A stretch of 64,000 nt of DNA from positions 1 through 64,000 of the IMG/VR virus record IMGVR_UViG_3300020154_000003; one strand, given 5' to 3'. Below are positions 1 through 9,837 of this stretch, in pieces. Every line of letters begins with the position of its first letter. Position 1 is the first letter of the stretch. Position numbers and translations under genes: made by a program. The notes under the pieces are model-generated. The model did not search any database and was not told where the DNA came from. It saw nothing but the letters and a program-made list of their open reading frames with translations.

Positions 1-1422
1 TTTAGTCAAAAATTCACTTTTCATCTGCCTATCCAAATCTGAATCTAAAGAACCAGTAGTATTTTTAGTGATTGTTGCGTTAGGCTTCGAATGTTCGATA
101 CACCTAATCTCCAATGTATCATTATTAAAAATAGCATTCTCGAATTTGAAACCATCTTTAGCAAAACGTGCTTTCAAAATTTGCATGTTGGCTAAATTGT
201 CCTGTTTCTGTTCTGGTGAACGTGCAATCGACATCAAGAAGTGTGTTTTTTGTGCTCTCTTAATACTTCCACCCATTTGATCTGATTGAACAAACTCAGA
301 ACTAACTGAACTACGATTACCTTGCACTGCAGTCCAGCACGGAATTTTAAATTCAGCAGCCATCGATTCGAAGGCTTTGATAACTATCAATTCTCCTTTC
401 AAATCATCTCCACCCGTAGCTTTATGTGCTTCAACACAATCGATATAATCGAGAACGATCATATCAAATTTAATGCTGAAATTTTTCTGATAATTAAGAA
501 TCCAATTTTTAATATAAGGTATTGTAATGTCTTCCTGAGGAAGTTTCTTAACAATCAATTTACCACCCTTATTTCTATTTTGGTGCTCGATTACCTTCTC
601 TCTAACTTCATCAGAACGAGTATCGAATTGACTCAAAGGCACTTTAGACCATATTGCATAGTGCTTTCTCCGCACTTCATCAACCTTATCTTCGAATACT
701 ATTTGAAGCACATTCTTTTCAACTTCGAATGCAGTGTTTGCTATTTTTGTTAGGATAGTTGTTTTACCAACACCGAATGGTGCTAATATAATACCCATTT
801 CTTCCCTACCAAGACCACCACCCATTGCTTGATCAATAGCCTTAATCCCTGTTGGAATTGGATGTCTGAATTCTTTCTCTAGTGCAGAATCAATATCTTC
901 AAAGATGTCTTTACCGAAATCATCTTGAAGACCTAATTGACCGATACGCTTTATAGATTCTTCAAATTCATTAACATTTTCTTCTAATGAACCTGTTTTA
1001 ATTTTATCGTAAATCTTATCAGCAAATTTTTTATATTCTTGCTGTTTTACGAATAACCATACGTTTCGTTGAATTATTTCACCATCATCGTCAGTGGAAC
1101 CAGTATGAGTGGCTTTGTCCCATGCCATGATGCGTTTTACCGTACCGTGTAATTCTTCTTTTTCTGTTGCGCTGTAGTGTGAAGCATTAATTGCTTCAAC
1201 AATACTTCTGTTTGAAAGTTGAGGGACTTTCTTATTGGCTTCCAAATATTTTCTAACAATACTTAGAAGTTTCTTTTGAATTACAATGTCAAAATATTGA
1301 CTATTCAGGTTAGGTACGATCTCATTTCCAAATTCTGTATTTGTTAAGATTTGCCATAGAACTTTTAGTTGAAAAGATGGCCCTAAATAGCCAAGGGTTT
1401 CCTTGCTATTATTTTCACTCAT
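1..1422 (-). CDS. dnaB: Replicative DNA helicase, DnaB/T4 gp41-like (3' end runs off the window)
   Basis: Not in the ORF track; translated by hand from the ATG at 1422 (MSENNSKETLGYLG...). Open to position 1. Walker A APFGVGKTT, Walker B IVLDYIDC, then TAVQGNR and KARFAKDG, typical of SF4 helicases. Confidence 0.9.
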   Translation of the reverse strand, partial: MSENNSKETLGYLGPSFQLKVLWQILTNTEFGNEIVPNLNSQYFDIVIQKKLLSIVRKYLEANKKVPQLSNRSIVEAINASHYSATEKEELHGTVKRIMAWDKATHTGSTDDDGEIIQRNVWLFVKQQEYKKFADKIYDKIKTGSLEENVNEFEESIKRIGQLGLQDDFGKDIFEDIDSALEKEFRHPIPTGIKAIDQAMGGGLGREEMGIILAPFGVGKTTILTKIANTAFEVEKNVLQIVFEDKVDEVRRKHYAIWSKVPLSQFDTRSDEVREKVIEHQNRNKGGKLIVKKLPQEDITIPYIKNWILNYQKNFSIKFDMIVLDYIDCVEAHKATGGDDLKGELIVIKAFESMAAEFKIPCWTAVQGNRSSVSSEFVQSDQMGGSIKRAQKTHFLMSIARSPEQKQDNLANMQILKARFAKDGFKFENAIFNNDTLEIRCIEHSKPNATITKNTTGSLDSDLDRQMKSEFLTK

Positions 1423-1440
1423 ATCTAAATTTATTTAAGG

Positions 1441-2115
1441 TTATCCTGCAAACTCTGTTTGCTTATTATAATCGAATCGAACTTGCTCGACAAAATTATA
1501 ATCACCCTTGTTCTTTAGAAGTTCTTCTCTCCTTTCACGAGAAAGTTCTCTAACTTGTTGAATATTCAAATCAAATACGTTTATGAGTGTATGATCATCC
1601 CACATTTGATTTTTGTCAGTCTTCGCTAAATGGTTCGCCAAATTTTTAACAATCTCACGTACTGTTTTCATAAGTTCGATGGAGAATCTGGCTTCAGGAT
1701 TGTAATTATCCACATAGAAATTTCTTTCTACAATAGGATTATGGTTAATGTACAAACCGAATTTAAATTCAGTACCGCCTTTCATTGGATACGGCTTACC
1801 ACTAACAGGATTGTTTTTTTGGTGTTGTGCAGGCACTTTAAGTTTGAAGTAGCTGAGATCATTTACATCACAAAGCATTTTGTAATAGTTCAATGCGCTA
1901 GACCAACCGTCATTATTTTCAAATGTCAAATCTAAACTACCAGACTGTAGTACAGTTTGAATATCTGAAATAATACTAGGTATCATTTCACGAATATTTA
2001 CTGAATATCTAACTACTGGATTGTATTGATCTGCACTAAAAATTCTTTCCGCGATCACTTCGTTTCTCAAATATATACCAAACTTAAAGTTGTTCTCTTG
2101 TTTTCTTTCTTCCAT
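1441..2115 (-). CDS. Hypothetical phage protein with an internal duplicated motif
   Basis: 224-aa ORF in the replication block. FKFGIYLRNEVIAERIF recurs as FKFGLYINHNPIVERNF, and YNPVVRYS as YNPEARFS. Confidence 0.6.
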   Translation of the reverse strand: MEERKQENNFKFGIYLRNEVIAERIFSADQYNPVVRYSVNIREMIPSIISDIQTVLQSGSLDLTFENNDGWSSALNYYKMLCDVNDLSYFKLKVPAQHQKNNPVSGKPYPMKGGTEFKFGLYINHNPIVERNFYVDNYNPEARFSIELMKTVREIVKNLANHLAKTDKNQMWDDHTLINVFDLNIQQVRELSRERREELLKNKGDYNFVEQVRFDYNKQTEFAG

Positions 2116-2140
2116 AAAGATTATTAATTACTATCTACAG

Positions 2141-2148
2141 CAAAGTTA
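2141..2148 (-). promoter_or_regulatory. Bacteroidota-type -7 promoter element TAACTTTG(C)
   Basis: Exact TAnnTTTG match upstream of the 1441..2115 gene; no TTG at the expected -33 spacing. Confidence 0.4.
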
Positions 2149-2173
2149 TCAATTTATAATTCTATTGCTAGAA

Positions 2174-3223
2174 TTATTGATTATTTTTTTGATATAGTTT
2201 ATACTTTTCTTTTTCTTTCGCAATCACTGTGTAAAATGGTTCAACATAACTGTTGAAATTTCCGTAGTTTGAATACAATGATAAAAAATCATCTTGTTGC
2301 ATCAATTTAAAGAGGTTACTACTTCCTCTATTTTCATCTACCAACGGCATGTCTAGCTGTTCAAGAGCCTCATTAGCTTCATCACTTAAAAAAGGTTTGC
2401 TCAGGTTAATTAGTTGGTAATTAAGTTTTAATCTTTCGACTCCTTCAACAAGATTTTTTAATGCAGCAATTGGCTTTTTCTTACTATTTATTCTTTCCTT
2501 ATTTAAATTATCAGCCAACCCACACAAATCTCGAACACTCATTGGTTTAGTATGCAAGTCCGGGAAATATTTAAATAGTGTTGTTTCTTGCAAACCTTTA
2601 ATTCCTTGAATATTGTCACTTGTATCTCCACAAATAATTTTAAGTGTCAATGCATTCTTGTAATGGAACGGAAAATACATGAAAAAATTACCAGCACTAA
2701 TCAATGCTTTTTTGGAGTGTAACCTTATTTTAATTCCATAATCAAGCAATTGCAAAAAATCTTGATCATTTGTGAATAATATAATATCCTCCGTCTTGCA
2801 TTTCTTCATACAGTACGCTGCGATCAAATCATCAGCTTCAATATCGTCTACCTGTATCTGTCTGAGGTACAATTCTTCAGCATATGACTGTATCTTTACT
2901 TTTTGAAAAAGAATAGATTGTTGTTTTTCCTTTTCTCGCTGAATTTCCTCATCTGTCAACTCTATTTTTTCGTACCACGATTTATTCTTGCGATTGGCCT
3001 TATATTGATTGTCTAGTCTATGCCTATGAATACCACCATTCTCACCATCCCACACTAATACGACTTTATTGATTTGGTATTCCTTAATTAACATTCTTAC
3101 GGTTGTAAGAAAGCCATATAATCCACCCATGAAACCGGATTTAGTATAGGCATTCTTAGAACCGTCAAATGATCTCTTTAGGAGATAAGAACTGTCAATC
3201 AGTAAGGTTTTCGTTGAACTCAC
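2174..3223 (-). CDS. 5'-3' exonuclease / flap endonuclease (Pol I N-terminal, T4 RNase H-like)
   Basis: Motifs LLIDSSYLL, VWDG, YKANR, EADDLIA, TNDQDFLQL, GDTSDNIQGIKGL. Confidence 0.92.
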   Translation of the reverse strand: MSSTKTLLIDSSYLLKRSFDGSKNAYTKSGFMGGLYGFLTTVRMLIKEYQINKVVLVWDGENGGIHRHRLDNQYKANRKNKSWYEKIELTDEEIQREKEKQQSILFQKVKIQSYAEELYLRQIQVDDIEADDLIAAYCMKKCKTEDIILFTNDQDFLQLLDYGIKIRLHSKKALISAGNFFMYFPFHYKNALTLKIICGDTSDNIQGIKGLQETTLFKYFPDLHTKPMSVRDLCGLADNLNKERINSKKKPIAALKNLVEGVERLKLNYQLINLSKPFLSDEANEALEQLDMPLVDENRGSSNLFKLMQQDDFLSLYSNYGNFNSYVEPFYTVIAKEKEKYKLYQKNNQ

Positions 3224-3234
3224 TATTTGTTATT

Positions 3235-4302
3235 TTAATCGTTACTCTCAATATCAACCAATCTGGTCTCAATGTCTTCCGCATTAACATCCTTACCAAG
3301 TTTGTCTCTGAAGAAACTAATGTTTTGCTTCTTATAAGCATCAATATCAGCTTTCTCTGAACCAATAAAACCATGTGGTGTTGAAATTAATGATCCCTCC
3401 AATGAGATACCTCCTAGCGGGCCATCAACTTGATTCTTAAACACTGACACATTTGTTTTGATACCGTAAAGAATATCATTACCTGCGAACGTTGCACCAA
3501 TTGCTTTTGTACCGTGACCCATGATACCACCGTGGTGATAAATAAGTCTTGCACCGTATGCAAATGCTTCTCCACCTTTGTGCTTCACAGTAATCATAGG
3601 TGCTGAACCTTGAGTCCAGATTTTCTGAACTGCAATCATTGTGTTGGTATAAGGTTTATTTACTTTACGTGAATTCGGGATACGGTAGTTCACAAGAGAT
3701 TTGAACGCTCTTTCGAAAGCACCTGCGTTCCACATATTGTTCTGGTTGGTATCATTAGATTTTGCCTCAATTGTCATATTGCAATCAAGCGTACCCAATG
3801 AGTCAATCATGAACAACAAATCGAAAGGCAATTCACCAGCATCTTGAAGATCAAGTAAGTGGTGACATGCATCCGCAAGGTCTTCAATACTCGCTTCTTG
3901 CTTATCCTTTTTCTTTCTTCTACCGTAGTTTTCAAGAAGATAATCGTTGTCAATATCAATGTAATCTGCTTCCCAATTAAAACCAATGTTGGCTAATCGT
4001 TCACGACCAAGGTTATTTTCAGTATCGATCAAAATAGGTAACACACCCATTTTTTGGGCTGCAACTACTGCCTCACTTACTGATGTTGATTTACCAGTAT
4101 TTGTGAATCCTCTACTTAATGATACATATCCTTTAGGAAATCCGGGAAGTCCTGTTGCTTTTTGAAAAGCAGGTGAGCATTGGAACCATTCTAATGGTTT
4201 ATCTGGTACATCTGCACCATTTATTTTCTTTTTAAAATTCTCTAATGAAAATTGTTTTTTTGCTGTTGGTTTCTTTTGTAATTCCATGTAATTTACATGC
4301 AC
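3235..4302 (-). CDS. recA: RecA/UvsX-like recombinase
   Basis: Walker A GFTNTGKST, Walker B FMIDSLG, KGGEAFAY motif. The true start may be the second Met (MELQKK). Confidence 0.85.
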   Translation of the reverse strand: MHVNYMELQKKPTAKKQFSLENFKKKINGADVPDKPLEWFQCSPAFQKATGLPGFPKGYVSLSRGFTNTGKSTSVSEAVVAAQKMGVLPILIDTENNLGRERLANIGFNWEADYIDIDNDYLLENYGRRKKKDKQEASIEDLADACHHLLDLQDAGELPFDLLFMIDSLGTLDCNMTIEAKSNDTNQNNMWNAGAFERAFKSLVNYRIPNSRKVNKPYTNTMIAVQKIWTQGSAPMITVKHKGGEAFAYGARLIYHHGGIMGHGTKAIGATFAGNDILYGIKTNVSVFKNQVDGPLGGISLEGSLISTPHGFIGSEKADIDAYKKQNISFFRDKLGKDVNAEDIETRLVDIESND

Positions 4303-4317
4303 TAAAAATAAGATTAT

Positions 4318-4345
4318 GAAAAAGAAGGGAGCCTTTGCTCCCTTC
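4318..4345 (-). terminator. Rho-independent terminator after the SSB gene
   Basis: Perfect 9-bp stem GAAGGGAGC/GCTCCCTTC (4324-4345) with a 4-nt loop and a U-tract on the minus strand. Confidence 0.8.
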
Positions 4346-4370
4346 CTTATTTATTCTATGATTTACTCAA

Positions 4371-5642
4371 TTAGAAAGGTAGATCATCGTAGCTGTCATT
4401 CCCTGCAGCAATTGGTTGCTGTTGAGTTGTTTGTGGTTGCGCTGGTTGTTGTACTGGCGCAGCACCGATGTCACTTGAATTGTGATTGAAGGTTTTGACA
4501 TCTGCTTCAGTGATAGTTGTTATATCAGGCTTTGAACTTTCGTTCACAGTTGATATTGCAGCACCTGCGTATGATGAGTCATCTTCATCGTAGTTGCTAT
4601 ATTCATCTTCTGCATCCAAATTGTCATCTCTTCTATTAGCTGCGGCTTCAAGTTCAGGATGATTAGGGAAAACCCATCTCTTGTTATTGGAATCGCTATC
4701 ATCCCAATAAGGTGCATTACCCTCTGCTGCCAATTCCAAGAATTGCAACGGTGTAATACCTCTAGCTACTGCTGGTTTGAACACATCTCTCCATTCAGTT
4801 TTATCTTCGAGCCATTCTTTTTCCTTCATAGGATCAGTGCTCAATTTAGATGGGCCTCTTGCGATAACCGCAGACACATCCTTGTATGTATATGTTTTTC
4901 CGGGCATTTGACTGTCAACCACAATGATTGTGAAGTCAGTACCAGTATTAACATCGGTGAAATCTCCATGTTGTAATGAATATTCTTCAGTTACTGACAT
5001 GAGCGTATCGAATACTCCTTTGTTTTTGAAGTTGTGCTTAAATCTCCAGAATTTTTTACCGTCTTTTTCAACGCCTCTGTCGATACCACTAAGAATATAA
5101 AATTTCTTAGCTTCCATTTTGCTGGCTTCACTCCAAATTTCCTTATTCTTGTTGAATATTCTCAATTCGTCAGAAGTCAAATCTCTTTCAATTTGCTCTT
5201 TCTTTTTACCTTTTACTTTCGCTTGGATTGAACGATCTTGAGTAGCCAAATGTACTTTAGCTTTCTTACACAAAGGGCAATGTGCTGCAACCAAAACAGG
5301 TTTACCGTTCTGATCAACTACTGGTTGTCCGTTTTTGTCAATTGCTTGAACCTTAGGATCGTTGAATTGAGGACAGTAAATTTTTTTCCAGTTCTTACCT
5401 ACTTTTACTTCGTGGAAGTATGCAGGTTGGAAAAGTCTGTCGATGAGAGGAACTTTAATGTCCTTGTTAGTTGGGGGGAGGGGTCTAAAATATTCTTTAT
5501 CCCTTCTAGGAGTGAAGTATTTAGCTAATTTTTCTTCTTTAGAAACAAACTTTTTTACTTCTTTTCGCTTCTTGTAGTGAGCGAACATACTTTGTAAGTT
5601 CTCAGAGCCTTGCTGAGATGTTACTTCATTGCTATCTGCCAT
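4371..5642 (-). CDS. Single-stranded DNA-binding protein, T4 gp32-like
   Basis: Next to recA. YCP...HCPLC Zn-type motif, GTDFTI strand, acidic disordered tail ending YDDLPF. Confidence 0.75.
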   Translation of the reverse strand: MADSNEVTSQQGSENLQSMFAHYKKRKEVKKFVSKEEKLAKYFTPRRDKEYFRPLPPTNKDIKVPLIDRLFQPAYFHEVKVGKNWKKIYCPQFNDPKVQAIDKNGQPVVDQNGKPVLVAAHCPLCKKAKVHLATQDRSIQAKVKGKKKEQIERDLTSDELRIFNKNKEIWSEASKMEAKKFYILSGIDRGVEKDGKKFWRFKHNFKNKGVFDTLMSVTEEYSLQHGDFTDVNTGTDFTIIVVDSQMPGKTYTYKDVSAVIARGPSKLSTDPMKEKEWLEDKTEWRDVFKPAVARGITPLQFLELAAEGNAPYWDDSDSNNKRWVFPNHPELEAAANRRDDNLDAEDEYSNYDEDDSSYAGAAISTVNESSKPDITTITEADVKTFNHNSSDIGAAPVQQPAQPQTTQQQPIAAGNDSYDDLPF

Positions 5643-5674
5643 GATTTAATCTATTTATTATTTAATCGTTGTAT

Positions 5675-5707
5675 CGTAAACATATATGACTTTCATGTAA
5701 AAGTCAA
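5675..5707 (-). promoter_or_regulatory. Putative host-RNAP promoter TTG-N18-TATATGTTTACG upstream of SSB
   Basis: Same 12-mer and spacing as 37340-37372; resembles the Bacteroidota -33 TTG / -7 TAnnTTTG architecture. Confidence 0.55.
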
Positions 5708-5776
5708 CTTATTCACGCTATTTATTTTCTAATCCTTAATTAATTTTTAATCGTTCCGTACTGTATAAATACTGCT

Positions 5777-7159
5777 TTACGCAGAAAAAGCTTCATCATT
5801 TACAATGGTAAATCCGATAGGAGATTTTACACTAAAAATTGAATTATTTGACAATTTTAACTCTAAAAAATAATCCTGAGGAACTAACCAACTGGTATCC
5901 AACTCGAACTCATACCCTCTGAATGTTCTATTTACTTGAGTAAAGGGAATTATCTCCATATGAGTTCTACCACCTTGTTTAATGTACAATCTATATGAAA
6001 TATCTAACGGCAAATTGTCATCCTGACTACCATATAATTGTTTAATTAATACTTCAATCTTACGCTTGTCACCTCTTTTGAGATATTCGCCAGATTTTAA
6101 ACCGTGGTAGCTAAAATGGAAATTTTCAGGGTTAATAGTGTTCGACAGATCAAAACTGTAATACTTATCAGAATTAATTAAATAAAAATCCTGTGAGATG
6201 ACTTTAATTTTACTGTTCTGAATTATTGTCCATTGATCATTGAAAATAACTGCATCAGGATATACTGAAGAATCAACACTCAACTCTATTTTATAAACTC
6301 CCTTTTTAACTCTTGTGATATTGTCGCCTGTTATTGTTGTCAACACTTCACCTTCATAATCATAAATGGTTACTGCACTAACTGTCACGTCACCAGCACT
6401 ACTATATAAGTAAAGACTATTCGTCTTATCCATGTAGAAGTATTTTCTATCATCCGTAATTACGTCATCGACAATTGTTTCTATGTAAGGTTCAAATACT
6501 GTGTTAGTGTGACGTAAATGGAATGCTACTGCTTGTCTATATAATGTGGTTAATGCTTCAATGGCATCAGTGAATTTAATTCCTAAACCATAATTAGTTT
6601 CACCGCTGAACAGTATTGCATTTACATAATCAGTAACATCAATTGAAAAATCTTCATTTCCTTTAGGAAAAGATTGAGTCCCAATCACTGTTGATCCTGT
6701 ACTGTTGAATGCTCCTTCACTCTCCCATAACTGACCAGTCTTTCCAGAGTACCAGTTACTCGCCATTGGTGTGATACCAAAATTCATTAAGCTTTCATCA
6801 CTATAAAGCAAATCATAACCAGCACCTTCATCCCAATCCTCTGCTAACGTAAATAACTCAAGCTGGAAACTACTTGCTCGTTCAATTGCCTCACTATATG
6901 ATTTTTTACCTAATAAATCAGGTCTGTTAGCAATTGTATTTTTTAAAACTAATTTGTGTGATGTAATTTGAGATTCGGTAATGCCTTCATTGGATATTTT
7001 AGTAGTTAAGTCATCCAAACCTAATTTGAAGATGATTCTACTGACAGATGCATCAGCAGTACCGTAAGAAACTTCTCCAACAGGATTTTGAGAATTGTTA
7101 GATTCATTACCCTCTATAAGCGTATTGTTTTTCTCAAAATATGATCTGAAAATTGACAT
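5777..7159 (-). CDS. Putative virion structural protein
   Basis: 460 aa, beta-rich composition, GTATTTAT motif 16 nt upstream; no catalytic motif recognised. Confidence 0.55.
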   Translation of the reverse strand: MSIFRSYFEKNNTLIEGNESNNSQNPVGEVSYGTADASVSRIIFKLGLDDLTTKISNEGITESQITSHKLVLKNTIANRPDLLGKKSYSEAIERASSFQLELFTLAEDWDEGAGYDLLYSDESLMNFGITPMASNWYSGKTGQLWESEGAFNSTGSTVIGTQSFPKGNEDFSIDVTDYVNAILFSGETNYGLGIKFTDAIEALTTLYRQAVAFHLRHTNTVFEPYIETIVDDVITDDRKYFYMDKTNSLYLYSSAGDVTVSAVTIYDYEGEVLTTITGDNITRVKKGVYKIELSVDSSVYPDAVIFNDQWTIIQNSKIKVISQDFYLINSDKYYSFDLSNTINPENFHFSYHGLKSGEYLKRGDKRKIEVLIKQLYGSQDDNLPLDISYRLYIKQGGRTHMEIIPFTQVNRTFRGYEFELDTSWLVPQDYFLELKLSNNSIFSVKSPIGFTIVNDEAFSA

Positions 7160-7175
7160 CTATATTAGTTTTCTA

Positions 7176-7183
7176 ATAAATAC
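7176..7183 (-). promoter_or_regulatory. Putative late promoter GTATTTAT
   Basis: One of about 15 copies on the sense strand just upstream of structural genes. Confidence 0.6.
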
Positions 7184-7192
7184 TAAAATGGT

Positions 7193-7222
7193 TAAAATAA
7201 AACCGCACCCTTTACGGTGCGG
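7193..7222 (-). terminator. Rho-independent terminator
   Basis: Stem CCGCACC/GGTGCGG (7203-7222) followed by TTTTATTTTA on the minus strand. Confidence 0.75.
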
Positions 7223-7262
7223 AAGTGTTATTTAAGGTTATCTGGTATTCAGAACCTTCCAA

Positions 7263-8003
7263 TTAAAACTTATCGAAGCTATCTTTAACTTCGTATGGAG
7301 ATAATTTAGGAAGTTGATCAAAATCAGCCATATACCCACCATCCTGAGTCTTAACTATCCCTTTGCTATTCATACTATCCATTCTACCTTGGAATGTGTT
7401 GTTATTCCACATGTCATTTAAATTGAAGTAGTATGGGTGACTATCCATTTTTCTATTGTCAAATTTTTCAACATCAGTAGGTTCCTTAACCTTTTCAACT
7501 TCTTTTGAAAATTGAGCCAATTGTGAATTAAGACTTAAAACCAAACCTTCCAGTTCATCCATCTTTCTTGACATTCCTCTCATTGCGTCCAATTGATATT
7601 CCATTACCTTTTTCTGTAATTCTTCTTTGCTCGGCCCTAGATCAGGTGCTGGAGCAATTGGGGCAGATGTTGCATCCATTGCAGGAGCAGGGGAAGGTAC
7701 TGGTTCAGGTGCTGGCGCAGCAGTTGTTGCTGTTCCTTGAGGGGCAGCAGCAGGGTCAGGAGTAGGTTGTGTTGGTGCCGCAGTTCCCACAGGCTGTGCT
7801 GCAGGGTCTGGTGCTGTAGATGCTGACGTTTGACCAGAAGCAGGTGATATTGCGCCCTCAGCTTCCTTCATGTTCCATCCTTCAGGAATTGGATCAAATG
7901 ACTTGTCATCCATTACCGCACGATAAATCGGACTTTCATTTATAACATACTTACTTTTATAGAGCATTTTTTGAATATGCTCATTAAGTTCTGGCTTCTG
8001 CAT
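7263..8003 (-). CDS. Pro/Ala/Thr-rich late protein with coiled coil; candidate internal head or scaffold-like protein
   Basis: Low-complexity PAPA linker and heptad segment; N-terminus matches that of ORF 46364..47134. Confidence 0.5.
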   Translation of the reverse strand: MQKPELNEHIQKMLYKSKYVINESPIYRAVMDDKSFDPIPEGWNMKEAEGAISPASGQTSASTAPDPAAQPVGTAAPTQPTPDPAAAPQGTATTAAPAPEPVPSPAPAMDATSAPIAPAPDLGPSKEELQKKVMEYQLDAMRGMSRKMDELEGLVLSLNSQLAQFSKEVEKVKEPTDVEKFDNRKMDSHPYYFNLNDMWNNNTFQGRMDSMNSKGIVKTQDGGYMADFDQLPKLSPYEVKDSFDKF

Positions 8004-8014
8004 GTCAGAAATAA

Positions 8015-8191
8015 TTAATATTGTTCTCTCAATAATTGCTTACCATCTTTGGTTACAAAAACCTTGTCAACTCTTTCGATCAAACCTTCGCGGTCGCTCA
8101 ATATCATTTTCTTAGCGTTTTTCGCTTTTCTTTTTGAAGAGTCATTCAAGAAATTGTCCAAAGCATTAGTATTTTTTTCTACGTTGTCCAT
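8015..8191 (-). CDS. Small hypothetical late protein (58 aa), missed by the ORF track
   Basis: Hand translation MDNVEKNTNALDNFLNDSSKRKAKNAKKMILSDREGLIERVDKVFVTKDGKQLLREQY; GTATTTAT 14 nt upstream (8206-8213). Confidence 0.65.
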   Translation of the reverse strand: MDNVEKNTNALDNFLNDSSKRKAKNAKKMILSDREGLIERVDKVFVTKDGKQLLREQY

Positions 8192-8212
8192 AGTAATATT
8201 TTCTCATAAATA

Positions 8213-8818
8213 CTATGAAAATAAGAAAACAACAATACTACGCTTTAATAAGCCAAATTCGGGGAATAATTTATAGAACTTTTGGTATTCTGTAGAATCG
8301 TCCAGTAGGTGATTTTTGGACTTAGATACCATTACATTAATGATGTCATCCACATGATGACCTAAATATTCGTAGATAGATAATTTTAACCCACATATAA
8401 CATGGCCCTTGCGATAATATAGTATATCCTTTTTATAAACATACAAATCACCATTGGGTTTGAAGAAGTTATGAAGTTGTTCAACTGTGTATAGGTTGTG
8501 GAAAAATGGGTCGATATTAACATATTTGTATTTAGATATATAATACTCAGGAATCCTTTTTACAAAGTTTTCCAGTCCCTGCGAGTACTGAACAATATCC
8601 TCTTCCGGGGAAAACTCCCAATACCTTTGATTGACCATATTTTTGGTCAAAATATCAGCTTCGCCACCAGTATTTGTACTTTTGAAGTAATTCCAACCGA
8701 CAATTAAGGTGGGTAACTGGTTTCTAACCTCAGAAACGTCCTTGTAGTAATTAAGGAACTCAACTTCTTTATGATTTATCAGCCGTTCGGGAGAAACAAC
8801 GTTACCTATCTTGATCAT
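8213..8818 (-). CDS. Hypothetical protein, last gene of the glycosylation operon
   Basis: 201-aa ORF whose start overlaps the wecB stop codon by 1 nt. Confidence 0.6.
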   Translation of the reverse strand: MIKIGNVVSPERLINHKEVEFLNYYKDVSEVRNQLPTLIVGWNYFKSTNTGGEADILTKNMVNQRYWEFSPEEDIVQYSQGLENFVKRIPEYYISKYKYVNIDPFFHNLYTVEQLHNFFKPNGDLYVYKKDILYYRKGHVICGLKLSIYEYLGHHVDDIINVMVSKSKNHLLDDSTEYQKFYKLFPEFGLLKRSIVVFLFS

Positions 8819-9837
8819 TAAACTATTTTTGTCTTTTCCAGTATTTTAACAATTTTTTTAGCGGAAAATCCATCGCCAAAGGGACAAATACTATCCTTGA
8901 CCTCAAAATCGATCATCGTTTCCTTAATTAAGGATTCAAGATGTGCTGGTGAGGGGCATAAGGTACTGGTTTGACCCAAAGCTTCTGGCCTTTCCGTCTC
9001 TTTTCGACAAACTATGGTCTTTTTCTGAAAAAATGACGATTCTTCCTGCAATCCACCACTATCAGTCACGACAAATTTACATTTTACTAGAATATTAAGC
9101 AAATCTTCATGATTTAATGGTGGAATCACCTTCACATGAGTCAAAATATCACGATGCTTCATGACATTAGGGTTTGGATGGATCGGTAGAATAAATTCAT
9201 AGTCAGGATATGCTGCTGCGATCCTATTTATCTGTTCAAACCACACATCAATTGAATCGTGGTTCTCGCGCCTATGTAACGTAACCAGTACTTTGTTTGT
9301 ATATTCACACAAATCTTTAAAAGGTAATAAATTATCAAGCACCGTATTCCCCACAATCCATTTTTCACCTCCCACCTGCTCAGATACTAAATTCAGTTCA
9401 TTACTAGGCGTTGGACACAAATGAATGGAGGCTATTTTAGAAATCATCAACCTGTTTGCTTCCTCAGGGAAAGGGTTTTGAAGATCGAATGTGCGCAATC
9501 CAGCTTCAAGGTGAATTACTTTAATTCCGTTGTGAAACGCAGCCAAGGCGACACCTAAAGCAGATGTGGTATCCCCTTGTACCATCACATATTTGTAATC
9601 AAAGTCCTGAAACAATTTAGATGCAGCCACCATTACCGATGACAACACGTTAGTCAAGCGATCAACACGATGAGTTGGTGGTATGTGTAATGAAACATCC
9701 GCACGAACAACATTCAATAAATCCCTATGTTGACCAGTAAATAATGTCTCAAACAAAAATTTTTGATTTACTAATTCATCAATAACAGGCTTAACTTTCA
9801 ACCACTCCGGTCTAGTCCCAAACGCAATGAGAAGCAT
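8818..9837 (-). CDS. wecB: UDP-N-acetylglucosamine 2-epimerase (non-hydrolysing)
   Basis: GTRPE, TGQH, VQGDT, HLEAGLRT, PEEANR, TLHRREN, TDSGGLQEE, RPE, PFGDG motifs. Confidence 0.95.
   Translation of the reverse strand: MLLIAFGTRPEWLKVKPVIDELVNQKFLFETLFTGQHRDLLNVVRADVSLHIPPTHRVDRLTNVLSSVMVAASKLFQDFDYKYVMVQGDTTSALGVALAAFHNGIKVIHLEAGLRTFDLQNPFPEEANRLMISKIASIHLCPTPSNELNLVSEQVGGEKWIVGNTVLDNLLPFKDLCEYTNKVLVTLHRRENHDSIDVWFEQINRIAAAYPDYEFILPIHPNPNVMKHRDILTHVKVIPPLNHEDLLNILVKCKFVVTDSGGLQEESSFFQKKTIVCRKETERPEALGQTSTLCPSPAHLESLIKETMIDFEVKDSICPFGDGFSAKKIVKILEKTKIV

Noticed and set aside
1-1422. dnaB (and the UvrD-like gene at the far end) as pseudogenes
   Set aside because: Both are open to the window edge; they are absent from the ORF track only because they are cut by the boundary.
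1-4302. Inteins or introns in the helicase, nuclease or recombinase
   Set aside because: Lengths are ordinary, and no intein splice-junction or LAGLIDADG/HNH motifs were seen.
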